Shown here: one piece after another, positions 32,749 to 45,088 of the stretch
How the letters are laid out: the number at the start of each line of letters is the position of its first letter
Position numbering within the stretch: position 1 is the first letter of the stretch
Program-made: the position numbers and the translations under genes
The notes under the pieces: generated by a model
Told to the model about the DNA's origin: nothing
The model's input: only the letters and a program-made list of their open reading frames with translations
Database searches by the model: none
NCBI RefSeq assembly: GCF_000281045.1
Contig: NW_008246085.1
Location: 249,749 to 313,748, forward strand
Direction of reading: 5' to 3'
Source of the DNA: Saprolegnia diclina VS20
Lineage: Eukaryota
Length of the DNA stretch: 64,000 nucleotides

Positions 32749-34917
32749 CTACCCCCGGTGGGCAAACTGCATCTTGCTCTGCTCGTGCTCGTCGCGGTGG
32801 AGGTAAAAGCCAGGGCCGGCGCCATACGGCGCGCCTTGGTTGACAATCGCGGGGTCTTGAAAGCCGGCCGCAAACCCACTCGCCGACTCGAACGCGCCCT
32901 GCGACGACCAGAACGGCGTCGACTCTTGCGGCCGCAAATCTTGGTTCCACGCCGTGCCACCGCCCATCATGTTGGGCTCTGCAAACCGGTGCGGGTCTGA
33001 GCCGTAGCTAATGTTGACGTTCGGCAGCATCTGCTGCAAAAACGCCAGGCCGGACGCGTCGGCGGCCGGCGCCATGTGCAGATACTCGGCCGGCGGCGGC
33101 GGCTGATGATGCGCAAACCCAAATGGCGTCGGCGGCGGCGCCTGCGACTCAAAACCAAACGGGCTGTACTCGCCAGGGCCGTCCTTGTTGGCAAACGAAA
33201 AGCGCGACGCGCGGCCGTTCGGGCCCGACCCAATGCCTTGCGGCACGAGCGGTTTGGCGCTCAATTTGACGCCGAGGAGCCCGGCGAGCGCTTCCGACGA
33301 CTCGTTGCGCGGCGTAAAGGCCGCGTCGACTGCCGAAAACTCAAACGGGGCGTCCGGGCGCGGCGGCGGCGCGTCAAATGTCCACGCCGAGACGTGGTTC
33401 GGCGACGGCGCCGGTGCGGGCTCGGGCGGCGGCTGCACCGTGTTGCGGTGGATACCGCCGTCAAAACCCATGCCAAAGGGGCTAAAGACGTGCTGGATGG
33501 GGCGCGACGGCGTCTCCGGCGGCGGCTGCATGCGCGGAAACGGCTGGCTCCACAGCGGCGTCGCGTCGGGCGGCGGGCTTTGCTGCCGAGGATGTGTGTT
33601 GACATACAGCGCCGGCTTTGACGCTTCCTTGGCCGGCGACGCGCTCGACGACGACGACGCCGACGAAGCAGAGAGCGGGGACGCGCTGGGCGGCGCGTCC
33701 AATGTGCTGGGGGGCGACCGGTGCTTCGTGGCGGATTGTTCGTCCTTGGGCGACATCGTGGACGACGCCGACGACGGGGCCCGGGTCGGTGACTTGCGCT
33801 CGTCGGGTGTCTGTGATCTTAACTTATAGATGGCGGCGGCGCTCTGGGCCTTTCGCTGTGCGTCCGTAGGCGCCACCTTGTCGAGCGCACCGCCGGGCTG
33901 CAGCATGGACAACGTCGGGAAGGCGGTGCCCCGCCGATCGTCGTAGCCAGTGAGGTCTCGAAAGCATCCTTTGCCCGCTACAAAGTCTATAGAGCATCGT
34001 CAGCGATTCGAATCGTCTGCGAGGAGGACGACGTACCCGTGGCCATTTCTTCCTTTGTAAAGCTGTCGTCCGTCTCGCCGAGCTCGTGCAAGTACAAGCA
34101 CTCGGGGTTGTTGCAGCTGAGGTTGCGCAGAAAAAAGTTGCAGTACTTGGTCGTGCCAAACGACGCCCTGTACCAGCGTTGCATGCCACTACACCGTCGG
34201 CGACTTGGACGTACCGGAGGAGGCTGCCGTCCAGAATGTACCCGTCAATGAGATCGATGCAGTTTTGCGCGTCGGGCTTGTTGGCAAACGTTATGTAGGC
34301 GCTCGCCGTCGCGTTGTTGCGGTCCGTGCTCAGGTGCGATTTGTTGACGACCGCCTTGACGATGCGCCCATACTGCCCAAAACACTCTTGCGATCGCAGC
34401 ATCTACAGCATGCATGAGCACCAATGATGCAAGCCTCCGAGATGCGTACGTCGTCGTCGGCGTAATGCACGGGCAGCCCAATAACGTAGACGAGGTTGCG
34501 CTGCATGACGCGCACGTTCGTGAGGTTTCTCCGGTTCACGGGCTGCGCTTTCGGCACGACCGTCGCCTTCTTCTCAATCTTTTCCTTTTGTTTTCGCTGC
34601 TTGGTTCGCCGCGCCACACTGCAAGGTCGCGTTAGTCGTTGCCGTCGAGTCGCAGACGTACTCTTCTCGGTCAATGGTCGTGTTCTTCTTCGAGAGCTCC
34701 GTGTACGGTGCTCGGCACGCCGGGCACAGGCCATTGTACTCGTTCTTAATTTGATGCCAGCACCATAGACACACCTGCACAACCATGATGACCGACGTCG
34801 TGGCGCCGGCGTGGCGACGCCTACCTGGTACCCGCATGCACATGCGTTGAAGGTCTTGTCCGTGAGGTCGAGCTCCTCCATGCAGAGGGGGCAGCAGTCG
34901 GCTTCTTCCTCGGCCAT
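32749..34917 (-). CDS. CNOT4: CCR4-NOT E3 ubiquitin ligase subunit (C4C4 RING, RRM, CCCH); multi-exon
   Basis: CPLCMEELDLTDKTFNACACGYQ|VCLWCWHQIK..CPACR; VRVMQRNLVYVIGLP; FGQYGRIVK; SFGTTKYC...CLYLHE. Confidence 0.95.
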
Positions 34918-36235
34918 CGCGTCGTCTGAAAAAAGGCAAAACTGGCCCCTCCTCCGTCACTGACTTTTCGTGACCATTGGCCAGAAGCGATTGCACGTAA
35001 TGGTTTCGAAATCGGGTCGGTGGTCCAAACCTCCATTATTTTATATATGCGCACAACGCATGTTCTTCGCCGCGCGACCACGCGACCTTTTCTGCCTACG
35101 TCAACCTGTGAGAACACATAGATGCGCGGTCATGCCGAACAATATTTTTGCCAGGGACCCCCCACCCGGCGCGAGATGGACGCCAACGGACCAACGCCAA
35201 CTTGTTCTCGTGATGGACTAATCGACGCAGCAACTAACTAACTAAGATTGAAGCGTCGTCAGGTATGGAAGCAGGTAGTTGAATTAAATGCTCCTCGTGC
35301 ATGAGACCATTCTGAAAGGTTGGCGCATGTCCCCCATCCTCGGAAGCCGTGCGTGCACCAAAGTCGAAGAAGTAGAACAAGAAGAAGCGCGAACGAACGT
35401 TAACAGTAAGAAAACCTTGGCCAACCGACGAACGGACGTTGTGCTGTCTTCTGCGGCCTTTGGAATCGCCGCCAACGCGATGGGTCAATGAAACCGAGTC
35501 AATGACAGGCGCTCGCAGTAATACCTGTCGGTGGTAACCACGGAAGCTGTTGCCTATTGATCTCGTTTGAAACTTGAAGGCAAGCCATAGACTTACGACT
35601 GCACGGAGAAAAATTCAAGTTGACCAGTGATGTCAATCGTTCAAGGGCTGCCTGGGACTCTTCAAGCTGCACCTCTTAACCAGCGAGGCAGCGTTTTGGT
35701 CATCTGTGTTGATCTCAAAGCCTTTTGTGTGCCTGTACACATGTACCTTGATGACGCGGGAGTGAGATTTGTGGGATTGTACACTCTAAAAAACGACGGC
35801 GGTGATATCGAGGTCACAAGAAAGTGAACGTGTATCTGGCAGCCCCTGGCAGTAGTATGATGGACTTGCTGGTGATTGACAAAGGACTCGGGGTATCGAT
35901 GCAGTGTGGTGTAGCGCGTCTCTGCAGACCACCTTAGCTTTATGCAAGAACATGTCGTTCTACGAGTTGCCGAAGCGCTGTAGATGCTTTCGATACCGCC
36001 TCTCCATCTCCATAGTACCTATCTTCCTAGCAGCATACATCGCTCTGCGTGCTTTTCAGGCTGGTCGACCTTCAAATTTGCGATCTTTGCCCGAACGGGC
36101 CAATCAGAATGCAGCACCTGGATGGTGCTAATTCAGCCAATCAGCGATTGCCACCAAAAATGAAACCTCTGACAATGCATATTTGCAGGAATGTAATACG
36201 AGGGGCGGGCCTGGGGCCGGGACAGTCATTTTGGG

Positions 36236-39200
36236 ATGTTGACCAAGTTCGAGTCCAAGAGCAACCGGGTGAAGGGCCTGTGCTTCCACCCGTCGCGCCC
36301 GTGGGTGCTCACGTCGCTCCATAATGGCGTCATCCAGCTGTGGGACTTCCGCATGGGTACGCTCATCGACCGCTTCGACGAGCATGATGGGCCAGTTCGC
36401 TCGGTGGACTTCCACAAGAGCCAGCCGCTCTTCGTCTCGGGCGGCGACGACTACAAGATCAAGGTCTGGGACTACAAGCTGCGCCGCTGCCTCTTCACGC
36501 TGCTCGGACACCTCGACTATATCCGCACGGTGCAGTTTCACCACGAGTACCCGTGGATCGTGTCGTGCTCGGACGACCAAACCATTCGCATCTGGAACTG
36601 GCAGTCGCGTTCGTGCGTCTCAGTCTTGACGGGCCACAACCACTACGTCATGAGCTGCATGTTCCACCCGAAGGAAGACCTCATTGTGTCGGCGTCGCTC
36701 GATCAAACGGTATCGCATGGCATCGTCATGACGACATCTCACTCGACCATGCTGTAGGTACGCGTCTGGGACACGACGGGCCTCCGCAAAAAGACGGTGC
36801 GTGGTGCGCCGTCGACGATGGAAGACTCGCTGCCGCCGGGTGTCGGCGGCCGCTCGGGTGCCGACCTCTTTGGCGCGAGTGACGCTGTCGTCAAGTACGT
36901 CCTTGAAGGCCACGACCGTGGTGTCAACTGGGCAAGCTTCCACCCGACGCTGCCGCTCATCGTGTCGGGCTCGGACGACCGGCAGGTGAAGCTCTGGCGC
37001 ATGAACGACACCAAGGCATGGGAGGTTGACACGATGCGCGGACACACCAACAACGTGTCGTGCGTCATCTTCCACCCGCGCCATGAGCTCATCATCTCCA
37101 ACTCGGAAGACCGCAGCATTCGCGTCTGGGACATCGCAAAGCGCATGGGTCTGCAGACGTTCCGTCGCGAGAACGATCGGTTCTGGATGCTGCAGGCGCA
37201 CCCGACGCAAAACCTACTCGCCGCCGGCCACGACTCGGGCATGATCGTCTTCAAGCTCGAGCGCGAGCGTCCGGCCCTCGACTTTGTCGACGGCGGCGTG
37301 CTCTACGTCAAGGACCGCTACGTGCGTCGGTACAAGTTTGTCGATGGCAGCGACAACCCGGTCGCGACGCTTCGTCGGTCGGGCTCGGGGCTGCAGATGG
37401 GCCAGCAGCCGCGCTACATGCACTACAACCCGTTTGACCCGCCGAACGCGGCGTCCAACTCGGTGCTTCTCTGCAGCGACGCCGAGGGCGGGTCGTACGA
37501 CCTCGTGACGTTTACGCCGTCGAACAACGACGTGTCCGACTCGTCGCGCGGCACGGCGCTCTTTGCGGTCTTTGTCGCCCGCCAGCGCTTTGCCGTGCTT
37601 GACAAGTCGCGCCACCTCGTCATCAAAAACATGCAGAACGAAATCGTCAAGAAGATTACGCCGCCCGCGGGCACGACCGACGGCCTCTTCCCCGGCGGCA
37701 CTGTCGGCCGCGTCCTGCTCCGCATCGACGACAAGATGGTGCTCTACGACACGGACAGCCGCCGCGTGCTCGCGGATTTGGTCGCGCCGCGCGTCAAGTA
37801 TGTCATCTGGTCGCCCAACGGCGAGTACGTGGCGCTCTTGAGCAAGCACTCGGTGTACATTGCGGACAAGAGCTTCAAGCACCTCTGCACCGTGACGGAG
37901 CTCGTCAAGGTCAAGAGTGGCGTCTGGGGCAGCGACGTGTTTGTCTACACGACGCAAAACCACATCAAGTACGCGCTCCCGAACGGCGACTCGGGTCTCA
38001 TCCGGTCGCTCGACGTGCCGGTCTACCTCACGCGCCTCGAAGACTCGAAGCTCTACTGCCTCGACCGCGACGCCAAGATGCGCATCCTCTCGATCGACCT
38101 CACCGAGTGCGAGTTCAAGCTCGCGCTCGCGGCCAAGCAGTTTACGACCGTCATGCGCATGGTCAAGCACTCGCGCCTCTGTGGCCAGGCCATCATTACG
38201 TATCTGACGCAGAAAGGGTACCCGGAAGTCGCGTTGCACTTTGTCAACGACGAGAAGACGCGCTTCAAGCTTGCGATCTCGTGTGGCAACTTGGAGGTCG
38301 CGCTCAACTCGGCGTACGAGCTCGACGATGCCAACTGCTGGCACCAGCTCGGTGTCGAGGCGCTGCGCCAGGGCAACATCTCGGTCGTCGAGATGGCGTA
38401 CCAGCGCACAAAGAACTTTGAACGCCTCTCGTTCCTGTACCTCATCACGGGCAACCGCGAGAAGCTCAAGAAGATGCTCAAGATTGCCGGCCTTCGCAAC
38501 GACATCATGTCGCGCTTCCACAACGCCTTGTACCTTGGCGACGTGCCCGAGCGCATTGACGCGCTCGAAGCCGCGGGCCAGCACGCGCTTGCGCTCCTCA
38601 CGGCCGCGACGCACGGCCTCGAGGACCACGTCGCGCGTCTGATTGGGCATTTCGAGGCCAACGACCCGAGCTTTGACGTGCAAGCGTTCCTGTCGCGCGA
38701 AGTGCGACCGGACGCGGCGCTCTTCTTGCCGCCGTTTGCGGTCTCGCAGCTGCAGAATGAAAACTGGCCGCTCGTCGAACTCAACGAGCCGACGATGGCC
38801 GACCACGCGGTCGCCGCCGACCAGCAAGCGAGCCAGACGCCGGCGTTTGACTTGGGCGACGAGGCCCCGCGGCGCAGCATCGAGGCGACACGCAAGCAGA
38901 GCGACGACTTTATGGTTGACGCGGACGCGGGGGCGTGGGGCGACGAAGACGACGGGCTCTTCAGCGACAATGAGGAGCGTCTCTCGCTTGACGACTTTCA
39001 AGATGCGGTGCCGTCGACCGACTCCTTTGTCGCCGCACCGACCGCCGGCACGCCCGTCCCGACGCAGTGGACCCGCGCGTCGTCGATTGCGGCCGAGCAC
39101 GTGGCCGCCGGGTCGTTTGACACGGCGATGCAGCTGCTCCACCGGCAGATTGGCGTTGTCAACTTTGCGCCGTTGCAGCCGCTCTTTATGAGCCTGTACG

Positions 39201-39961
39201 CGGGCGCGTCGGGCGTCGTGCCGACGCAGGCGTCGTCGGCGTCGCTCAAGACGTACTTGCAGCGGTCGGCGGCGCACGAACCGGCGATCACAACGTCCGT
39301 GCACCACCTCGTGGGCTTGCTCAAGGAGGCGTACCGTGCGTTCAGCGGCGCCAAGTTTGACGACGTTGAGAGCGCGTGCCGGTCGATTCTGCACCACATT
39401 CCGCTGTTGTCGGTCGACAACAAGGACCAGGCGGCGCAGGTCAAGGAGCTTGCGGTCATTTGCCGCGAGTATGTGGTCGCGTGCCGTCTCCGCGCGGCGC
39501 TGACGAGCGTGCCGTTGGAAGCCGACCCGAAGCGCAACATTGAGCTCAGCGCGTACTGGACGCACTGCCGCCTCCAGCCGTCGCACATGATGCTGACGCT
39601 CAAGAGCGCGATGACGAACGCGTACAAGTGCAACAACTACATTACGGCCGCGTCGTTTTGCCGCCGCCTGCTCGAAATCCCCGAAGTCAACACGGAGAAG
39701 AACATCAAGCTCGCGCAAACCGCCAAGAAGGTGCTGCAAAAGGCCGAGAAGGAAGCCCGCAATGAACACCAAGTCGACTACAGCGACGCGCGCGGCTTTG
39801 CCCTCTGCGCGCGGACGCTCACGCCGCTCTACAACGGGGACGGCGTCAAGTGCCCGTACTGCGCGTCGTCGTATGTGGCCGAGTGCGCTGGCAGCCTCTG
39901 CGACGTCTGCCAGCTCTCCAAGATTGGCGAAGAGACGCTCGGCCTCGTCGTCGCCAAGTAA
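36236..39961 (+). CDS. COPA: Coatomer subunit alpha; intron 36710-36757
   Basis: [19 protein letters not shown]...WD40 repeats; [31 protein letters not shown]-terminal CPYC..CDVC. Confidence 0.98.
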
Positions 39962-40111
39962 ACAACCTCGTCGTTATGGCGGCGACGTCAACGTACATGC
40001 ATTTCTCTGCCCTTGTTCATTGTTGGTGCAGCATCATCGCCCTTGGAATCGAGGCGGATGGACATTGATGGAAAGAACTAGCATATTTGGACGTTTCAGG
40101 TAGGAGACCCC

Positions 40112-41892
40112 ATGGCAGCTGGACCACCATGGGGCTGGCATGCACTGCTCTTGCTGCTGCTGCTGGCGCCGATGGCGATGGCGTGCGAGGAGGTCTCGGA
40201 GATTCGCGTCGTGCTCGAGACGGCCGAGTCGCTCGGCGCGCTCTTGAGCGAGAAGCTCCGCATTCTGTCGTTTGTGCAGGACGATCAGGGCCGCGGCCGA
40301 CCTCTCGAAGCCACGGGCCTCGTCGAGGTCTGCTTGGCAGTTGCAAGCGCCATAGCGACGCACGTACGTAGGTGGGCGACACGCTCGTAAGCGTCAACGG
40401 CGTCGGCGTGACAGGCCTTTCACGTGCGATCACGCAGCTGCAGACCGCCGAGGTGCCCCGCACACTGCTGTTTCGCGCCGCGACACCGCGCTGCGTGCTC
40501 GACGCGGCGCCACTCGACGACACGACCGTCGTATGCACATGTCCTTAGTCGATACGAGCATGAGTTGTACCAACTAGCGGGTCGTCAACGGCGGGTGGAC
40601 CGAGACGTTCTTCGCCCTCAAGTCCGAGTTTGGCGACTGGCCGCAGTGCTTCGCGCATCCGCTCACGGTCGCGCAGCCAATCGATGCGTGTTCGCCGCTG
40701 CGCAACAACGTCTCGGAGCACTACGTCATCGCGCAAAGCTCGCATTTGTGCTCGCCGCACCAGCAAGCCATCGTGGTCGGCCGCGCGGGTGGCCGCGGCG
40801 TCCTCCTCGCGCAGTACGCGGAGAAAAAGCCCGAGGCCGTGCGACTGCCGCCGCAGTACACCGGCACGATTCGAACACCTGTCATCATGGTCTCGCACGC
40901 CTCAGGTTCGATCGTCTCGTATTACCCATGCGTCATGCATATTGCAGGTCAAAAGATGGCGAGCATGGTCCTCTCCAGCCCCAAGCCGCCCCTGATCTCA
41001 CTCCTCGTGTCGCCGCAATGCAAGGACACGACGGCAACCGCCACAACGCTGGCATCCACCGTGCAAGACGCGCTGGCGACCGCGACCGCTGGCAACCTCA
41101 TCGCCCTCGCGCACGGACAGCTCCACGCGTACCCGGTAGCGCCCAGCGACTTGATGGGCTCACAGACACACGGTGTCGTCGTTGCCATGTAGTACCTCAA
41201 GGGGGCGGCGAGCCCGCGCCTCGGTCTTGGCCGCTTCAAGGTCCTGTTCGCCATACACGACCTCTGCAGCGACGCGGTTATGCGGTATGTCAAGGGCGCG
41301 TTCGTCGTGGCGCCCATCACCACAGGCTGTTCGCAGCAGCGCCAAGTACGTTCTTATTTGGCGATGCAGATCGTAGTCGTCTGCGTAGGTCCAGTCCGTC
41401 GCGGCCAGCAAGGCGCTCGGGGTGGTCTTTTCCGCCACGAGTCCATCGCAGATTCTGCACCGCGTGGCCCTCGACGTGGCGAGCGAGACGGCGCCACTCG
41501 CGCTCCCGACCGTGTACGTTTCGGCCGCGACAAACCAAGCACTCAGGTAGTTCGGGCTGCGCCCGTCCGCTGCTGACCGTTTTGCGCTAGCTCCTTCGCC
41601 GAAACGGGCGACGTGTACATTGAGTTTGAGCCCACGAGTACGTACTGTTCTCTGCAAGGATCTTCCTCGGCGGTTGCAGCCATCTTCTCTCTGCGTAGAT
41701 ACCCATGAACACCACTTTGAAGAGCTGCTGGCGCTCTCAGACATGGCGCAGTGGCCGGCGTCGGCGCAAGGACGTCATGTGCTCTACCACCGCGTCCGGC
41801 GCGCGCTCGCGATCGACACCAATGGCGCCGACAAGGTCGCAGCCCTCGACGCCCTCTACATGCAGGCGGGTCACTTCCATGCGTCTTCGTAG
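40112..41892 (+). CDS. Secreted/lumenal protein: signal peptide, PDZ-like domain, two PA-like domains; multi-exon
   Basis: HALLLLLLLAPMAMA signal; spliced LEATGLVE|VGDTLVSVNG...RTLLF (PDZ-like); SEFG..LTVAQPIDACSPL...GGRGVLL...TPVIMVSHASG (PA-like); second unit ending LALPTVYVS. Confidence 0.6.
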
Positions 41893-41966
41893 CTTGTTCG
41901 AAAAACGAAGATTCGACGTTTTCTAGTATACTTTGCTCAAGATCCAAAAATCAGCAACTTCAACAA

Positions 41967-41982
41967 GTTCATTTTGCATCTT
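41967..41982 (+). promoter_or_regulatory. Oomycete Inr-FPR-like element
   Basis: gttcattttgcatctt, about 25 nt upstream of ATG 42006. Confidence 0.55.
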
Positions 41983-42005
41983 GCTCGGTGGGTTCTCCGT
42001 GGGCT

Positions 42006-42233
42006 ATGGCGCCACACCTCGCTCCGTCGCCCACGAATGCGGCCGCCACGGACGGCTACATTGAGCACGACCGGACACCGGCGCGAAAGCTGTCGTGGCG
42101 AACGATCAAGGTGCGGCAGCTGCTCCAGACGCTCAAGTCCAAGGCCGGGCGCTCGTTCCAGCAGCACGCATCGCCGAACGGCAGTCCCCACGACGGCGTC
42201 GAGTATGCGCTTCTTGCGGACGACGATTTGTGA
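42006..42233 (+). CDS. Small hypothetical protein (75 aa)
   Basis: MAPHLAPSPTNAAATDGYIEHDRTPARKLSWR...EYALLADDDL; coding-like codon bias and an upstream Inr-FPR-like motif. Confidence 0.55.
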   Translation: MAPHLAPSPTNAAATDGYIEHDRTPARKLSWRTIKVRQLLQTLKSKAGRSFQQHASPNGSPHDGVEYALLADDDL

Positions 42234-42313
42234 GATGCGGTGAGTGTAACTAATGTATGAAGAATGAAAACTGTGACGTTAGGAAAGTGAAATGGTGTGG
42301 TCGGATGCGGTGA

Positions 42314-43278
42314 TTACGCCTTCTTGGTCGCGCAGAGGATGTAGTTGATGTCGGTGCAGCGCTCGTTGAGGCGCCAGCCCGTGACGAACGGGTCCCCGAC
42401 AATGCCCGAGACATTCTCGACACGCATGCCATTCTAGCAATGTGCTCAAGAAATGCAGCTCGACAAACCACGTGCGTACCTGCTCGAGCGCCGCCGTCAG
42501 CTCGTGCGTCTGCACATACTTGGACCACTCGTGCGTGCCTACATGTCCATACATGAGAAGGGATGTCGACAGGAGCAGCGGCGTACCCGGCGGGACGAGG
42601 CGGAGGACGTGTTCGACGGCAAGGATCGTCGTCAAGTACGAAAGCGCGGTCCGGCTGATCGTCGACATGAAGAGCACACCGTTGGGCTACATGCGAGAGA
42701 CTTGGTTGACTTGTGTCGTTGAAAAGTGGAAGCGTACCTCGACGAGCTGCGTGAGCTGCTGGATGAACGCAGGAACGTCGTCGACGTGCTCGACGACTTC
42801 GAGCGCGCACACAATCTCAAAGGTTTCCTTCTGCTGCACGAGCGCATCGGCCGTCGAGCAAATGTAGCGGTTGCACGCGGTTTCGTGGTCGCCGAGCGCG
42901 TGCGCGGTCGCGGCCTCAATGTTGGCCTGGCCTGGGTCGACGCCCGTGACGTCGGCACCGAGGCGGGCCAGCGCTTCCGAGAGGATACCGCCGCCGCAGC
43001 CAACATCCAGAACGCGGCGGCCCTTTAGCGGCCATGCCGACTGCGCATCGAGCGGCGCCTTCTTGAAGTGCGCAATCGCTTGCTCGCGGATGTACTTGAC
43101 GCGGATCGGGTTGAGCTGATGCAGGAGGCCTACGCCCGTGTTGCTCTCGGGCTTCCACCAGTCGCTAGACGCAGCCGAGTTGTGTGCATGAGCAGCCTCT
43201 TCCTAGCATCATCCGCTACCTCGCAGCGCGGGTGAACTTGCTCACTTCGGCCTTGTTGACGGTCGAGAAGCGGCGCAT
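42314..43278 (-). CDS. COQ3: Ubiquinone biosynthesis O-methyltransferase (UbiG/COQ3); multi-exon
   Basis: STVNKAEVSKF..DWW..LHQLNPIRVKYI..VLDVGCGGGILSEALARLGA..ALEVVEHV..STISRT..PPGTHEWSKY..INY. Confidence 0.93.
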
Positions 43279-43931
43279 GACGACGAAAGCGTTCGCTGGA
43301 ACTCGGCCACTCTTAGATTCGCTGGAATTAGCGTATGACACACTATTGACGTTTCATATGAAATATGCATATAGTGTTCCATAAAAATGAAGAGTGTTGA
43401 TCAAGATACACATCACACCGTGCATGACAAGGAGCGTGCGTCCGAACCAGCACTTGATCTTGGTCATAGTACACTACGAGTATACTGTAGACAAGCGAAT
43501 TGTTGGTAGTACAGCGAGTTGCAACCTTCCTGTACTGGCATCGGAATCGAGAAAAAGGGAGCCTCGAATTTGAGGTTGAGATTTGCTTTGTTGGATTGAG
43601 GTTGCCCTCCCAAAACTGTCAACGAAAATACTGTTAATCTGGAAATGTCTATGCTAAGCATAGTTGACCAGCTACACGATAGGCAAGATGCCGTCACATG
43701 TCTCGCTCTCCATGTCCGATATCGCAAGGTGCGACGAAGAGCTCAACAATATGGCGTTCGACAACAGAGACGACGAGCACATGGAGCCGCCAAACCAAGG
43801 CTCCGCGTGCGAGATAGATTGGCGGTGACCCGACAAATGATCCGCGTCAAAAAGCAATAAGTAAAAGTTATGACTTCACTAACAATGAACAAAGGTTGAT
43901 AATGTACGACAAAAACGTTGAACCGCAAAGG

Positions 43932-44885
43932 CTATTGGGCACTGAGTTTGTCAACAATGGTCAAAAGCAACCGCTGGTTCTGAGCCACCTGCTCAGCTAA
44001 CACGCTCGCCAGCTTGCGGTCGACCCCGAGACGCTCGCGCTCAAAGGCTAGTCGCTCCCGGTCGAGCTCGAGACGCAGTCGTGCTTGGTCGCGATCAAAC
44101 GACAAACGATCCCGCGCTAGAGCAAGCGTCGCCTCAGCACACACCGCGTCCTGGGCGTGGTTCTCGCACAGTGTGCGTGCGAGCAACGCCGTGAGAGAAT
44201 TGTCCTCGGCTTCGAGCGCCGCCGCCTTGCGCTTCTCGGGGCGAGCGGTTTGTGACCGAGGACTCGAGCCACTGTGTAGCTCTGGTGAACAGGGCTCGGA
44301 TGTCATCGCAGCCTCGTCGACTACAGATGGCTCATCGGCAATGGAGGGTTTTTCGACAGTAGGTGGCTCGTCGTTAAGTGATGAGACCTCGATGGCGCGA
44401 ACGGTGACGCCGGACGCCGTCGCCAGCTCGATCAAGCCCGCATTCTCGTCTTCGACTTCAGCTTCTGCCCGCGTCTCGTCGCCCTCGGACGGTCCCTGCA
44501 TTTGAAGTCGAATGTCAGTCAAAAGAACCTCGCGCTCGGCAAACTCAGCGGGCGTGCCCAGCTTGCGCAGCCGCTGCATGTCGTTGGCGCAAAACTTGAC
44601 GAGAAGCGTCTCGAAGCGCGACTTGAGTGCGGCGCCCGTCTTGCCTTTGAGCTTAAAGTCGGGCGACTGGGCGACGTCCTCGGCCACGCGCTCCCACGTC
44701 GCCATGACGCTGCCATGCGCCGCTTCCCACGGACACCAGCGCAGGACATGACGCAGCATCGCGACGTCGTCGGAGCAGGCAAACTTGCCCTTGTTGCTCG
44801 TTAGGATGTAGGCTCGCGTAAGCTCCTTGGGCGTCGCTGTCAAGAACGACGTGGCCTCGGGCGACGCGGATGGTTGACCGTCCAT
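43932..44885 (-). CDS. Myb/SANT-like DNA-binding-domain protein with C-terminal coiled coil, intronless
   Basis: FACSDDVAMLRHV...WERVAEDV...ALKSRFETLL...RKLGTPAEFAEREVLL; LELDRERLAFERERL coiled coil. Confidence 0.6.
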   Translation of the reverse strand: MDGQPSASPEATSFLTATPKELTRAYILTSNKGKFACSDDVAMLRHVLRWCPWEAAHGSVMATWERVAEDVAQSPDFKLKGKTGAALKSRFETLLVKFCANDMQRLRKLGTPAEFAEREVLLTDIRLQMQGPSEGDETRAEAEVEDENAGLIELATASGVTVRAIEVSSLNDEPPTVEKPSIADEPSVVDEAAMTSEPCSPELHSGSSPRSQTARPEKRKAAALEAEDNSLTALLARTLCENHAQDAVCAEATLALARDRLSFDRDQARLRLELDRERLAFERERLGVDRKLASVLAEQVAQNQRLLLTIVDKLSAQ

Positions 44886-45088
44886 TGTTGAGATTCAGTG
44901 CACAGGTTTTGGAGAAATGCAGTATTGCTTTTGAGAGGAACGACGAGCCAATCTGAACCTGAAAATTCGAATGCACGCACTCGCTTTTCTCGAATTGAAC
45001 CAATTATATGCTCGCAATGGAGCCCATTTTGGCCAATCCAGTGTGACAAGATCCACAGCAGCAGTTTCAGTTCATAGACGAAGCGGCG

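Noticed and set aside
35120..36200. Long NOT4-COPA spacer with short ORFs as a hidden gene or ncRNA
   Set aside because: Frames are short, lack the local codon bias and show no recognisable motif; no tRNA/snRNA/snoRNA structure could be supported by eye.
37214..39772. 852-aa antisense ORF, and similar long antisense ORFs (3717-5183, 23402-25216, 26831-28459, 56165-57643)
   Set aside because: Shadows of real genes caused by high GC3 codon bias. They have no recognisable motifs and mirror COPA, RPL3, the Cu-ATPase, GAPDH and myosin.
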